Part shown: piece after piece, positions 18,701 to 32,100 of the stretch
Position numbering within the stretch: the stretch's first letter is position 1
How the letters are laid out: every line of letters begins with the position of its first letter
Assembly: GCA_002269645.1 (NCBI GenBank)
Contig: NIVC01003501.1
Span: 1 to 64,000 of the forward strand
Reading direction: 5' to 3'
Length of the DNA: 64,000 nucleotides
Source of the DNA: Macrostomum lignano
Taxonomy: Eukaryota
Made by a program: the position numbers and the translations under genes
Notes under the pieces: model-generated
The model's input: only the letters and a program-made list of their open reading frames with translations
Database searches by the model: none
Told to the model about the DNA's origin: nothing

Positions 18701-21700
18701 AAGGTGGCTAAGAAGCTGAAAGCAGAGGCGGCCCAAGTCAGCGCTAGAAAGTCATTAAAAATCGCAACATCCCGCCGCAAAAAATCCAGTGAGCTGACGA
18801 ACATCGAGCTGCTTCAGCGGTACGTTCATTTGAGATACGTTGACCTGTCCAACAACCACATCAAGGACATCTCACCATTGAGCAACCTGACTGAGCTGCT
18901 CACGCTGAAGTGCGAGAACAATGCCCTAGCATCCGGGGAGCTAGCCCAGCTGCCGTACCTTCAGTACCTGAACCTCAACAACAACAAGATCTCCTCATTC
19001 CAGGGCATCAACCATCCACTGCTGGAGCACCTGTCACTCAACTGTGAGTAAAAGCCAAATTAGCAATTAGCGTATTTCTAATCGAAGGAATTCAATGCCA
19101 TTCTGCCTCCTGGCGAAGTAAGATCTCAAATTATTGACAAAGTTCAATAATTATTTACTGCCTCATTAGTCACGATTAGCCAAGTCGCATTTTCTTGATT
19201 GAATTCTGTTTTTTCATCTGCCTCTGCTTTTGCCTCACTGTGTTGGTTAATGTAACACTTGCGGGAAATTCCATGACCAAAGAGGAAGAAGAAAAATAGG
19301 AGACTCCATGACAAACATACGAGTAGAAGCTCCATGACACACGGGGAAGCTACATGACATACTGGGAAGCTACATGACACACGGGAAGCTACATGATACA
19401 CGGGAAGCTACATGATACACGGGGAAGCTACATGACACACGGGAAGCTACATGACACATTGGGAAGCTCCATGACACACGGGAAGCTACATGACACATGG
19501 GGAAGCTACATGACACACTGGGAAGCTACATGACACACTGGGAAGCTACATGACACACTGGGAAGCTACATGACACATGGGGAAGCTCCATGACACACTG
19601 GGAAGCTACATGACACACGGGGAAGCTACATGACACACGGGGAAGCTACATGACACATTGGGAAGCTACATGACACACTGGGAAGCTACATGACACACGG
19701 GGAAGCTACATGACACATTGGGAAGCTACATGACACACGGGGAAGCTACATGACACATTGGGAAGCTCCATGACACACTGGGAAGCTACATGACACACTG
19801 GGAAGCTACATGACACATGGGGAAGCTACATGACACACTGGGAAGCTACATGACACACTGGGAAGCTACATGACACATGGGGAAGCTACATGACACACTG
19901 GGAAGCTACATGACACACGGGAAGCTACATGACACATGGGGAAGCTACATGACATATTGGGAAGCTCCATGACACACTGGGAAGCTACATGACACACTGG
20001 GAAGCTACATGACACATGGGGAAGCTACATGACACATGGGGAAGCTACATGACACACGGGAAGCTCCATGACACACTGGGAAGCTCCATGACACACTGGG
20101 AAGCTACATGACACACGGGGAAGCTACATGACACACGGGGAAGCTCCATGACACATTGGGAAGCTACATGACACACTGGGAAGCTACATGACACACGGGG
20201 AAGCTACATGACACATTGGGAAGCTACATGACACACGGGGAAGTTACATGACATATTGGGAAGCTCCATGACACACTGGGAAGCTACATGACACACTGGG
20301 AAGCTACATGACACATGGGGAAGCTACATGACACACTGGGAAGCTACATGACACACGGGGAAGCTACATGACACATTGGGAAGCTACATGACACATTGGA
20401 AAGTTACATGACATATTGGGAAGCTCCATGACACACTGGGAAGCTACATGACACACTGGGAAGCTACATGACACACTGGGAAGCTACATGACACACGGGG
20501 AAGCTCCATGAAACACTGTGAGAAGCTACATGACACACTGGGAAGCTACATGACACACGGGGAAGCTCCATGACACACTGTGAGAAGCTACATGACACAC
20601 TGGGAAGCTACATGACACACTGGGAAGCTACATGACACACTGGGAAGCTACATGACACACTGGGAAGCTACATGACACATGGGGAAGCTACATGACACAC
20701 GGGAAGCTCCATGACACACTGGGAAGCTCCATGACACACTGGGAAGCTACATGACACACGGGGAAGCTACATGACACACGGGGAAGCTACATGACACACG
20801 GGGAAGCTACATGACACATTGGGAAGCTACATGACACACTGGGAAGCTACATGACACACGGGCAAGCTACATGACACATTGGGAAGCTACATGACACACG
20901 GGGAAGTTACATGACATATTGGGAAGCTCCATGACACACTGGGAAGCTACATGACACACTGGGAAGCTACATGACACATGGGGAAGCTACATGACACACT
21001 GGGAAGCTACATGACACACGGGGAAGCTACATGACACATTGGGAAGCTACATGACACATTGGGAAGTTACATGACATATTGGGAAGCTCCATGACACACT
21101 GGGAAGCTACATGACACACTGGGAAGCTACATGACACACTGGGAAGCTACATGACACACGGGGAAGCTCCATGACACACTGTGAGAAGCTACATGACACA
21201 CTGGGAAGCTACATGACACACGGGGAAGCTCCATGACACACTGTGAGAAGCTACATGACACACTGGGAAGCTACATGACACACGGGGAAGCTACATGACA
21301 CACTGTGAGAAGCTACATGACACACTGGGAAGCTACATGACACACTGGGAAGCTACATGACACATTGGGAAGCTACATGACACACGGGAAGCTACATGAC
21401 ACATGGGGAAGCTACATGACACACGGGAAGCTACATGACACACGGGGAAGCTACATGACACACGGGGAGGCTACATGACACATTGGGAAGCTACATGACA
21501 CACGGGAAGCTACATGACACATGGGGAAGCTACATGACACACTGGGAAGCTACATGACACACGGGGAAGCTACATGACACATGGGGAAGCTCCATGACAC
21601 ACTGGGAAGCTACATGACACACGGGGAAGCTACATGACACACGGGGAAGCTACATGACACATTGGGAAGCTACATGACACACTGGGAAGCTACATGACAC

Positions 21701-24700
21701 ACGGGGAAGCTACATGACACATTGGGAAGCTACATGACACACGGGGAAGCTACATGACACATTGGGAAGCTCCATGACACACTGGGAAGCTACATGACAC
21801 ACTGGGAAGCTACATGACACATGGGGAAGCTACATGACACACTGGGAAGCTACATGACACACTGGGAAGCTACATGACACATGGGGAAGCTACATGACAC
21901 ACTGGGAAGCTACATGACACACGGGAAGCTACATGACACATGGGGAAGCTACATGACATATTGGGAAGCTCCATGACACACTGGGAAGCTACATGACACA
22001 CTGGGAAGCTACATGACACATGGGGAAGCTACATGACACATGGGGAAGCTACATGACACACGGGAAGCTCCATGACACACTGGGAAGCTCCATGACACAC
22101 TGGGAAGCTACATGACACACGGGGAAGCTACATGACACACGGGGAAGCTCCATGACACATTGGGAAGCTACATGACACACTGGGAAGCTACATGACACAC
22201 GGGGAAGCTACATGACACATTGGGAAGCTACATGACACACGGGGAAGTTACATGACATATTGGGAAGCTCCATGACACACTGGGAAGCTACATGACACAC
22301 TGGGAAGCTACATGACACATGGGGAAGCTACATGACACACTGGGAAGCTACATGACACACGGGGAAGCTACATGACACATTGGGAAGCTACATGACACAT
22401 TGGAAAGTTACATGACATATTGGGAAGCTCCATGACACACTGGGAAGCTACATGACACACTGGGAAGCTACATGACACACTGGGAAGCTACATGACACAC
22501 GGGGAAGCTCCATGAAACACTGTGAGAAGCTACATGACACACTGGGAAGCTACATGACACACGGGGAAGCTCCATGACACACTGTGAGAAGCTACATGAC
22601 ACACTGGGAAGCTACATGACACACTGGGAAGCTACATGACACACTGGGAAGCTACATGACACACTGGGAAGCTACATGACACATGGGGAAGCTACATGAC
22701 ACACGGGAAGCTCCATGACACACTGGGAAGCTCCATGACACACTGGGAAGCTACATGACACACGGGGAAGCTACATGACACACGGGGAAGCTACATGACA
22801 CACGGGGAAGCTACATGACACATTGGGAAGCTACATGACACACTGGGAAGCTACATGACACACGGGCAAGCTACATGACACATTGGGAAGCTACATGACA
22901 CACGGGGAAGTTACATGACATATTGGGAAGCTCCATGACACACTGGGAAGCTACATGACACACTGGGAAGCTACATGACACATGGGGAAGCTACATGACA
23001 CACTGGGAAGCTACATGACACACGGGGAAGCTACATGACACATTGGGAAGCTACATGACACATTGGGAAGTTACATGACATATTGGGAAGCTCCATGACA
23101 CACTGGGAAGCTACATGACACACTGGGAAGCTACATGACACACTGGGAAGCTACATGACACACGGGGAAGCTCCATGACACACTGTGAGAAGCTACATGA
23201 CACACTGGGAAGCTACATGACACACGGGAAGCTCCATGACACACTGTGAGAAGCTACATGACACACTGGGAAGCTACATGACACACGGGGAAGCTACATG
23301 ACACACTGTGAGAAGCTACATGACACACTGGGAAGCTACATGACACACGGGGAAGCTACATGACACATTGGGAAGCTACATGACACACGGGAAGCTACAT
23401 GACACATGGGGAAGCTACATGACACACGGGAAGCTACATGACACACGGGGAAGCTACATGACACACGGGGAGGCTACATGACACATTGGGAAGCTACATG
23501 ACACACGGGAAGCTACATGACACATGGGGAAGCTACATGACACACTGGGAAGCTACATGACACACGGGGAAGCTACATGACACACGGGGAAGCTACATGA
23601 CACATGGGGAAGCTACATGACACACTGGGAAGCTACATGACACACGGGAAGATACATGACACACTGGGAAGCTACATGACACACGGGGAAGCTACATGAC
23701 ACACTGGGAAGCTACATGACACACGGGGAAGCTACATGACACACTGGGAAGCTACATGACACACGGGAAGATACATGACACACTGGGAAGCTACATGACA
23801 CACGGGGAAGCTACATGACACACGGGAAGCTACATGACACACTGGGAAGCTACATGACACATGGGGAAGCTACATGACACACGGGGAAGCTACATGACAC
23901 ACTGGGAAGCTACATGACACATGGAGAGCTCCATGATTGAAGGTTGGATAAAAATGGTGGAAACAAACGCATCTAAAGTTTCAGGGTAATCCCAAAATTT
24001 TAGCTTAAACTTAGGGTGATTTTATTCCCCCAGTCAACAGAGTGAAGTACATCGAAGGCGTGGACCCCAGCATCATGAACCGCCTGCACACGCTTGAGCT
24101 CCGAGGCAACCAGCTGGCAAGCACTGACGGACTCCACCTGCCCAACTTGAAGAACCTCTTTCTGGTGAGATTGCGGATGTAATATTTCATGTCTGATCCT
24201 GAGAGATTGTGCCTGCTCATGTGCGATCCTGAGAGATTGTGCCTGCTCATGTGCGATCCTGAGAGATTGTGCCTGATCTTATGCGATCCTGAGAGATTGT
24301 GCCTGCTCATGTGCGATCCTGAGAGATTGTGCCTGATCGTGTTCGATCCTGAGAGATTGTGCCTGATCTTATGCGATCCTGAGAGATTGTGCCTGCTCAT
24401 GTGCGATCCTGAGAGATTGTGCCTGATCATGTGCGATCCTGAGAGATTGTGCCTGATCGTGTGCGATCCTGAGAGATTGTGCCTGATCGTGTTCGATCCT
24501 GAGAGATTGTGCCTGATCGTGTTCGATCCTGAGAGATTGTGCCTGATCGTGTTCGATCCTGAGAGATTGTGCCTGATCGTGTGCGATCCTGAGAGATTGT
24601 GCCTGATCTTATGCGATCCTGAGAGATTGTGCCTGATCTTATGCGATCCTGAGAGATTGTGCCTGATCGTGTGCGATCCTGAGAGATTGTGCCTGATCGT

Positions 24701-27063
24701 GTGCGATCCTGAGAGATTGTGCCTGATCGTGTGCGATCCTGAGAGATTGTGCCTGATCGTGTGCGATCCTGAGAGATTGTGCCTGATCTTATGCGATCCT
24801 GAGAGATTGTGCCTGATCGTGTGCGATCCTGAGTAAGAACTTAGGTCGAAGCGCACCTTCGGACACGCAATGTAGAAGCTTACATGTACACTCAGTCGCT
24901 GCACAGGCTGCCAGTCAAACAGTAGAAACTCTCGAAGTCATTCGCAAATTACACAGGCTGGCAATCGGATCCGCCAAGTGACCGGACTCGGCCGGATGGA
25001 GAGCCTGACCACTCTGCACCTGCGCGACAACCAAATTGAGACGCTGGACGGATTCACCGATCAGATGAAGAATCTGCAGTACCTTAATATGCGGTATGAA
25101 TAGGAATGCTCATAAAAACTCTCATGCATATTAAGGCGTAAAGCAAAGGCTCTCTAAACCGAATCGAAAACCCATTAATCAAGTAGAGGCCCTATGACTG
25201 AAGTGAGAATTCAGAAAGCCCCATGGGAATTGGGAATTTATGATCAAAGCTCCATGATTGAATAGGAAGCTCTGCATGGGACCAAAAGGAAAGCTCCATC
25301 ACCAAAAGGAAAGCTCCATGACCAAAAGGAAAGCTCCATAACCAAAAGGAAAGCTCCATCACCAAAAGGAAAGCTCCATGACCAAAAGGAAAGCTCCATA
25401 ACCAAAAGGAAAGCTCCATCACCAAAAGGAAAGCTCCATAACCAAAAGGAAAGCTCCATAACCAAAAGGAAAGCTCCATGACCAAAAGGAAAGCTCCATA
25501 ACCAAAAGGAAAGCTCCATGACCAAAAGGAAAGCTCCATGACCAAAAGGAAAGCTCCATAACCAAAAGGAAAGCTCCATGACCAAAAGGAAAGCTCCATG
25601 ACCAAAAGGAAAGCTCCATAACCAAAAGGAAAGCTCCATGACCAAAAGGAAAGCTCCATGACCAAAAGGAAAGCTCCATAACCAAAAGGGAAGCTCCATG
25701 ACCAAAAGGAAAGCTCCATGACCAAAAGGAAAGCTCCATAACCAAAAGGAAAGCTCCATAACCAAAAGGAAAGCTCCATGACCAAAAGGAAAGCTCCATG
25801 ACCAAAAGGAAAGCTCCATGACCAAAAGGAAAGCTCCATGACCAAAAGGGAAGCTCCATGACCAAATGGAAAGCTCCATAACCAAAAGGAAAGCTCCATG
25901 ACCAAAAGGAAAGCTCCATGACCAAAAGGAAAGCTCCATGACCAAAAGGAAAGCTCCATGACCAAAAGGAAAGCTCCATGACCAAAAGGAAAGCTCCATG
26001 GCCAAAAGGAAAGCTACAGGATCAAAAGGAAACCTCCATGATCGATAGGAAATTACCGGGATAAAATAGAAAACTCTATAAGAGTAGCAACCCAATAAAC
26101 AGCCAGCTAAATATCCCATAATTCCTCCAGCGGAAACGGCATCAGCTCGCTGAGGGAGCTTAACAAGCTCAAGTGCTTGCCGATGCTCCGTGCTGTTGTG
26201 CTGTCGGAGAATCCCATCGCCGAGGACGACGAGTACCGGCTCGAGGTGCTGACGGTGCTGCGCAAGGTGATCCGGCTGGACAAGGACGAGTACCAGGATG
26301 ACGAGCGGGAGGAGGCTGAGGCTCGCTACGAGCAACGGCGACTCGAGGAACTGAACAAGGAGGAGATGGAGGTAGGTACTCTTGTGCATCTCCTCTTTAG
26401 TGGTGGGATAAATTGGAAGCCAGAAACATCCCAGCAAGGCCGATTAATTAATTGCTACAGTACTCCAAAACATCAGGGAATGATTATTAGTGACTCACCG
26501 CTACCCCTGAACCCACAGGGAATGATTATTGTTGACTCGCCACTACCCCAGATCCCCCAGGGAATGATTATTGGTGACTCGCCGCTACCCCAGATCCCCC
26601 AGGGAATGATTATTGTTGACTCGCCGCTACCCCAGATCCCCCAGGGAATGATTATTGGTGACTCGCCGCTACCCCAGAACCCCCTCATGGAATGATTATT
26701 GGTGACTCGCCGCTACCCAGAACCCCCTCATGGAATGATTATTGGTGACTCGCCGCTACCCCAGAACCCCCTCATGGAATGATTATTGGTGACTCGCCGC
26801 TACCCCAGAACCCCCTCATGGAATGATTATTGGTGACTCGCCGCTACCCCAGAACCCCCAGGGAATGATTATTGGTGACTCGCCGCTACCCCAGAACCCC
26901 CAGGGAATGATTATTGGTGACTCGCCGCTACCCCAGAGTGATGACTCGAAGCAGATCAGATAACTATAACAACTAACATCAATCGTGATAATTTCAGGAG
27001 GGTAAAGAAGAGGAAGATGATGCAACAGCGGAGGCAGCGGCAGACGAACCAGTTGAAGAGTGA
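15754..27063 (+). CDS. LRRC23: Leucine-rich repeat-containing protein 23 (ciliary radial-spoke associated), 360 aa, 7 exons: 15754-15894, 16681-16793, 18790-19043, 24034-24164, 24957-25093, 26131-26371, 26998-27063
   Basis: All introns GT-AG with consistent phases; 1083 nt, no frameshift. PLTEEMMPECISLLCKIGSGLAHAYVKLDCK..LRYVDLSNNHI..LHTLELRGNQL..LTTLHLRDNQIETL..LQYLNMRGN..RLDKDEY matches LRRC23 as recalled; acidic N- and C-termini. Confidence 0.95.
16880..18690. repeat. Minisatellite, 29-32-bp unit GAGGAGAGTCGGGGGGAGGCAGGTGAGCAACT (LRRC23 intron 2)
   Basis: Direct reading, about 57 units. Confidence 0.97.
19325..23935. repeat. Minisatellite, 20-22-bp unit GGGAAGCTACATGACACAC(T/G), about 4.6 kb (LRRC23 intron 3), with a 2,004-bp higher-order duplication
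   Basis: Direct reading; diagnostic variants recur at +2004 bp. Confidence 0.97.
24195..24835. repeat. Minisatellite, 30-bp unit GATCCTGAGAGATTGTGCCTGATCGTGTGC (LRRC23 intron 4)
   Basis: Direct reading, about 21 copies. Confidence 0.97.
25285..26025. repeat. Minisatellite, 20-bp unit ACCAAAAGGAAAGCTCCAT(G/A/C) (LRRC23 intron 5)
   Basis: Direct reading, about 37 copies. Confidence 0.97.
26475..26937. repeat. Minisatellite, about 42-bp unit GGAATGATTATTGGTGACTCGCCGCTACCCCAGAACCCCCAG (LRRC23 intron 6)
   Basis: Direct reading, about 11 copies. Confidence 0.96.
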
Positions 27064-27528
27064 AGTCGGATACGATGATTGGGACAAAAGAAAATTCCAT
27101 CCGTGATCTGATAACACTAAGTTTATGCATACTATCTATATAAACAAAAGGAAATGCCGTACGCACCAGCCACAAGTTGTGCGATTTAACTTTTTGTCTG
27201 TTTGTTTCTTTGATATATTTTGACTTGTGACTAAGCTTCGACGAATAGCTATTCCCATATTGTTTAGCTTACATATTTTACTACTTATGGTATGCTTTTT
27301 GTTGCTGAACGAAGGGATTTCATTAATGTTTTTCTATTGGAAACTAAACCAAATATAATTACCAGATGTTATTGACAATTGGCTTTGTTCTAATATTTAA
27401 TTCATATTTCTAAGAAACAAAACGCTCGAAAAAGAGAAGTTGGACTTGTCTCATTTAATTAACAGGTACCTATATGATATACATAGCATAGTCAGTGGCT
27501 TGCCATTATGGATGAGTGGTCGCTTTTT

Positions 27529-28310
27529 CTCACAGCTATTGATTATCCTGTAGCTTTATCACAGCTATTGATTATCCTGTAGCTTTATCACAGCTATTGA
27601 TTATCCTGTAGCTGTCTCACAGCTATTGATTATCCTGTAGCTTTATCACAGCTATTGATTATCCTGTAGCTATATCACAGCTATTGATTATCCTGTAGCT
27701 ATATCACAGCTATTGATTATCCTGTAGCTTTATCACAGCTATTGATTATCCTGTAGCTTTATCACAGCTATTGATTATCCTGTAGCTGTCTCACAGCTAT
27801 TGATTATCCTGTAGCTTTATCACAGCTATTGATTATCCTGTAGCTATATCACAGCTATTGATTATCCTGTAGCTTTATCACAGCTATTGATTATCCTGTA
27901 GCTTTATCAACGCTATTGATTATCCTGTAGCTTTATCAACGCTATTGATTATCCTGTAGCTTTATCAACGCTATTGATTATCCTGTAGCTTTATCACAGC
28001 TATTGATTATCCTGTAGCTATCTCACAGCTATTGAATATCCGGTAGCTTTATCACAGCTATTGATTATCCTGTAGCTTTATCAACGCTATTGATTATCCT
28101 GTAGCTTTATCACAGCTATTGATTATCCTGTAGCTATCTCACAGCTATTGAATATCCGGTAGCTATCTCACAGCTATTGATTATCCGGTAGCTATCTCAC
28201 AGCTATTGATTATCCGGTAACTATCTCACAGCTATTGATTATCCTGTAGCTTTATCACAGCTATTGATTATCCTGTAGCTTTATCACAGCTATTGATTAT
28301 CCTGTAGCTT
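27529..28310. repeat. Minisatellite, 29-bp unit CACAGCTATTGATTATCCTGTAGCTTTAT between the convergent LRRC23 and DDAH-like 3' ends
   Basis: Direct reading, about 27 copies. Confidence 0.97.
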
Positions 28311-29140
28311 GGCTTTCGATGGCAAGAATTTTTGCTTCTTTTACCCCGCCATTTTTGCTACAGATGCTCTTCAACTGTAGCAATTAAATAAAAGCAATTC
28401 ACGCAAGGCAATAAGTTGCAATATGATTCACGTGATTTAATTGTCTCGGACAAATTAAAAACTGTTTTGGAAGCAGAGACGGGCCAAGCAATATAATCAG
28501 AAATAATCAAGTTTCGGTACTGGAGCAGCAGTGCTTACCATGCAACATGTATATGTATATGACATTACAGACACTAAAGGTCAACTCCGATTAGGTTGGT
28601 GTTACAGTAAAAAGCGCAAGCTAAAAAAACACACAAACAATTTTCATATTAAACACAACTATTGAAGGCTGACAATAGTCACAAGAAGCTGATTATGTAT
28701 AATGTGTTGCAATAATGAATAGAACTAAGCATATAGCAATTATGATATAATCTACAGACAGTAGACAGTAGAATACCAAGCTATATAAAGGTAAAATTAA
28801 ATTAGTAAAATTACTGATCAACAAGAAGACAGAGAAACTTGAATATAGAGACTAATAAAATTTTATCAATTAGCTTCACGCATGCACAAATTCAACTGGG
28901 ATGGCCTTAGCATGGGTTTAACAATACTTGCTGTATAGATAATTATTGATCAAACAAATAGCAAAACGCAGGCAACCGATAGGCGAAGAAAAATTCGTTA
29001 CTAAAAAATTATTTTAATATATACTAATGACAGTAATAAGCATACTGTTCAAACGAGTTTGATTGACACATTCGCGCACAAAAACACTAGTCAATGTATG
29101 TGTGTTTAGCAGGTCTCGGACAGCCGATAAAGCGCAGTGC

Positions 29141-32100
29141 TCAAGCCAGAGTTGACATGATATTCTTCAAGTTGCTATTCTTAGTTTTCTGCACTAGCAA
29201 GCACAGCTTGGTCATCGGCACCCGCTGCTCAGTGAGGTGCGGCAGCGAGATCGGTATCCTGTTGTAGTCGATCTTGTTCTCGAATATGCCGATGCTGTTG
29301 GGGATCAGTTCTGGCGACAGGTGCACCAGGAAGCCGTTGATGTACAGGCAGTTGCTAGCCTGATCCTCGGGCAGCTGGATCACCCGGTAGCTGTACGTGG
29401 CCTTCCAGTTGATCTCCTTGATGGTCTTCTGCGCGGCCGGGTTCAAGCCGACAGCGATTACATTGGTGCCGGCCATGCAGACCAGATCCTTCAGCGAGGT
29501 TGTGCCCTTCTTGGTGTCCAGCTGGGGCACGGACACGATTGTCACCGGGTACTCGGGAACGTTTTAGCAACGCAGGTGGCGCCGGCCTCGTTCGTGTGAG
29601 TTGAGATGCCAACGATGATCTCCTTGCCTATGGGAAGGTGATTTTGAAGTAAAGCTTACAATAAGTAGCACTCAGGGGGCCGAAACCCAGGTGTGTGTCC
29701 AACGGCCCAGGCTCGATTCCAAGTGCAGTCACATTAACTTGTGGCTAAATTGGAATCTTCGCTTGGCTCTGCTCGTCCAACCCCCAAGGCGCAGTGAAGT
29801 GTACATGCCTGACGATAAATAAAGTCAGGGCCGCTGTACACTCCTGTGTGAGTGTGTGCCTGTGCGTATGACTGCGTACGTATCCGCGCGCTTGTGTGCC
29901 TGCTCAGGGGAGTCGGTGGAATGGGCAGCAATGCCTCTCGCCAGTTGTGCGAGAACGTCGCTTAAAGTGCGCCAGGGTGCACACAGCCCCCTTCCAGTTA
30001 TTATTAGGCTACTAATGCGAGAGTCGGCCCGCAGATGGCGAGAAGACAAGAAGTCATGCCGCCTGAGCATGACCCCTGGGCACGCACACAATCGTCGGGC
30101 ATGTACATTGTGCACTTTAACTTGGGGATAGAGCCCCAAATGGGTGTGACTTTTTGAAATCAGTAAACTATCAAAGCTTCAAACTTTTGAACTTGCACAA
30201 TAGATCTGTAGGGCGTTAGCACTAAAATAAATTACTACTTACTAGTGTAAGATTTGAAACCTTGGGTTCAAGCCTGAATTTACAAATTATATTAACAGCT
30301 CATTAACTTACCAGTGAATAGTACATCGCTACCTTCAAGCTGGGCTCCATCAATGGAGATCTCGGCCACTTTCATGCCTAGCTGACGCTTCAAAGTCTGT
30401 CGTATGGCACTTATCTGCATAGGAATTATAATTATATTATAAAAAACTATTTATTTAGTTTTAATCTATGACTAAAGCCAAGGTTTTTATACTTTAGAAT
30501 ATATTGAATTATGGCAACTAGTTGTTTCACCCATAAACTGTTTTGGCCATGGACATTTCACCCCTAGACCATTTTGCCCATAGACCATTTTGGCTTAAGC
30601 CAATTAGACTAGTTTGGCAAAGGTAGCAACAAATGTAAATGCCCAAACTTGGAGAAAGAATTGATTGAATAATTGATTCTTAATTGGTGACAAATCTTAT
30701 ACTTTTAGAATTTTTGGTTTTACCTTGCTTGTAACTGAAACCCTTTCTCTTGATCTACTAATTGAAATGGCTTATCGCTTATCATGCTTTTGAAAGGAAT
30801 AACTTTCTTAAAAAAACTTGTAATGATTCACAATCTTATTAAACACAATTGTCAGTGTTGGGCACCAGTCTGTTAATAAGCGTTAATCCATTAATAAGCA
30901 TTAAGATTTTTTTAAACTAACAGATTAACAAATTTGTATTAATAATTTTGTGAGTAAACAACAAATTCATTGTTAACATTAATGGCAATATCAATGACCA
31001 AAGATGAAAAGAAAAAACAAAAATATGTCTGACAAGAAGTTACAATATTACAAATGTTTTTGAATTTACCTAAATGCTTTATTCATCTCTGTTTATAACA
31101 ATGATCATGCAAATGTAACAACTTCTTACTAATGAACTTTAAAAAAGAATTAAAATTGTGAAATTTATTGCTTTTGCGTGAGCATCAATCATTTTGATTC
31201 ACTTTTTTAACAATATTTTGTGACTTTCTGCTGCGCCTGCTAATGCTACTAAAGCAACCTTCTTATTCATATTTTATTATTAACTAATTAGCTTTTAAGT
31301 TTCAAATAAATAAGTTACTTTTTACTGTTTTCTTACTTTTAGTAGTATTATGCATACAAGTTTTATAAATTATTATTTATTACTTTTTAGCTTATAAATC
31401 ACTTAGATGATCTCTGTGTTTTGCTAAAAAGATGAAAAAGCAAACACAGTACATTATGAAGTCTGTTTTGGAAAAAAAGTGCAAGATTTATCTATTAAGT
31501 GAGTTAACTTTAATAGATTAATGCTTATTAATGATTATCAATTAATTTCCAGTTAACTTTAAAAAAATTAAGAGTTAATAAGTTAAGATTATTTGTTTTA
31601 ACACTAATGCTTTTGCCATTCATGGAAGTTAAGATTTTCATTAGGGTGCCCAACACTGACAATTGTAATAATTCATGTTGTGTAGCAACAATTCATATTG
31701 TATTATACAATAAAACTAAATATTAGCATTAAATAGTATTGAAAAGACAAATCTAAAGATACATATAGAGCTAAATCTCTAAATTATATAATTACCATTC
31801 TGGCCAAAATGCTCATAGCCAAACTGGTTTATAGGCAAAACAGACTATGGGCAAAATGGTCTAAAGGCAAAATGTCCAGGGCCAAAATTTTTAGGGGCAA
31901 AACAACTGGAATTCTAAATTATAATTGAACTCAATTTTATTGTCATTAAGCAATCAACAATTGCTTGATTGAAGCTTTATTACTGACAAATTGCCTTTTC
32001 TTAAAGATAAAACAACATAGACAAAATATCTTAGGATAATAAATATAAATAAAAATATGTATGGTCAAGTTATCATTAATTATTATTTGTAATATTAAGA

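Noticed and set aside
16621-18804. 500-727-aa minus-strand ORFs
   Set aside because: Antisense reading of the LRRC23 intron 2 minisatellite
24189-24836. Cys-rich (DPERLCLIVC)n ORF resembling a metal-binding repeat protein
   Set aside because: Lies inside a GT-AG intron whose removal is needed for intact LRRC23
19325-28310. Possible CRISPR-like arrays
   Set aside because: Units are head-to-tail with no unique spacers, context is eukaryotic and there are no cas genes
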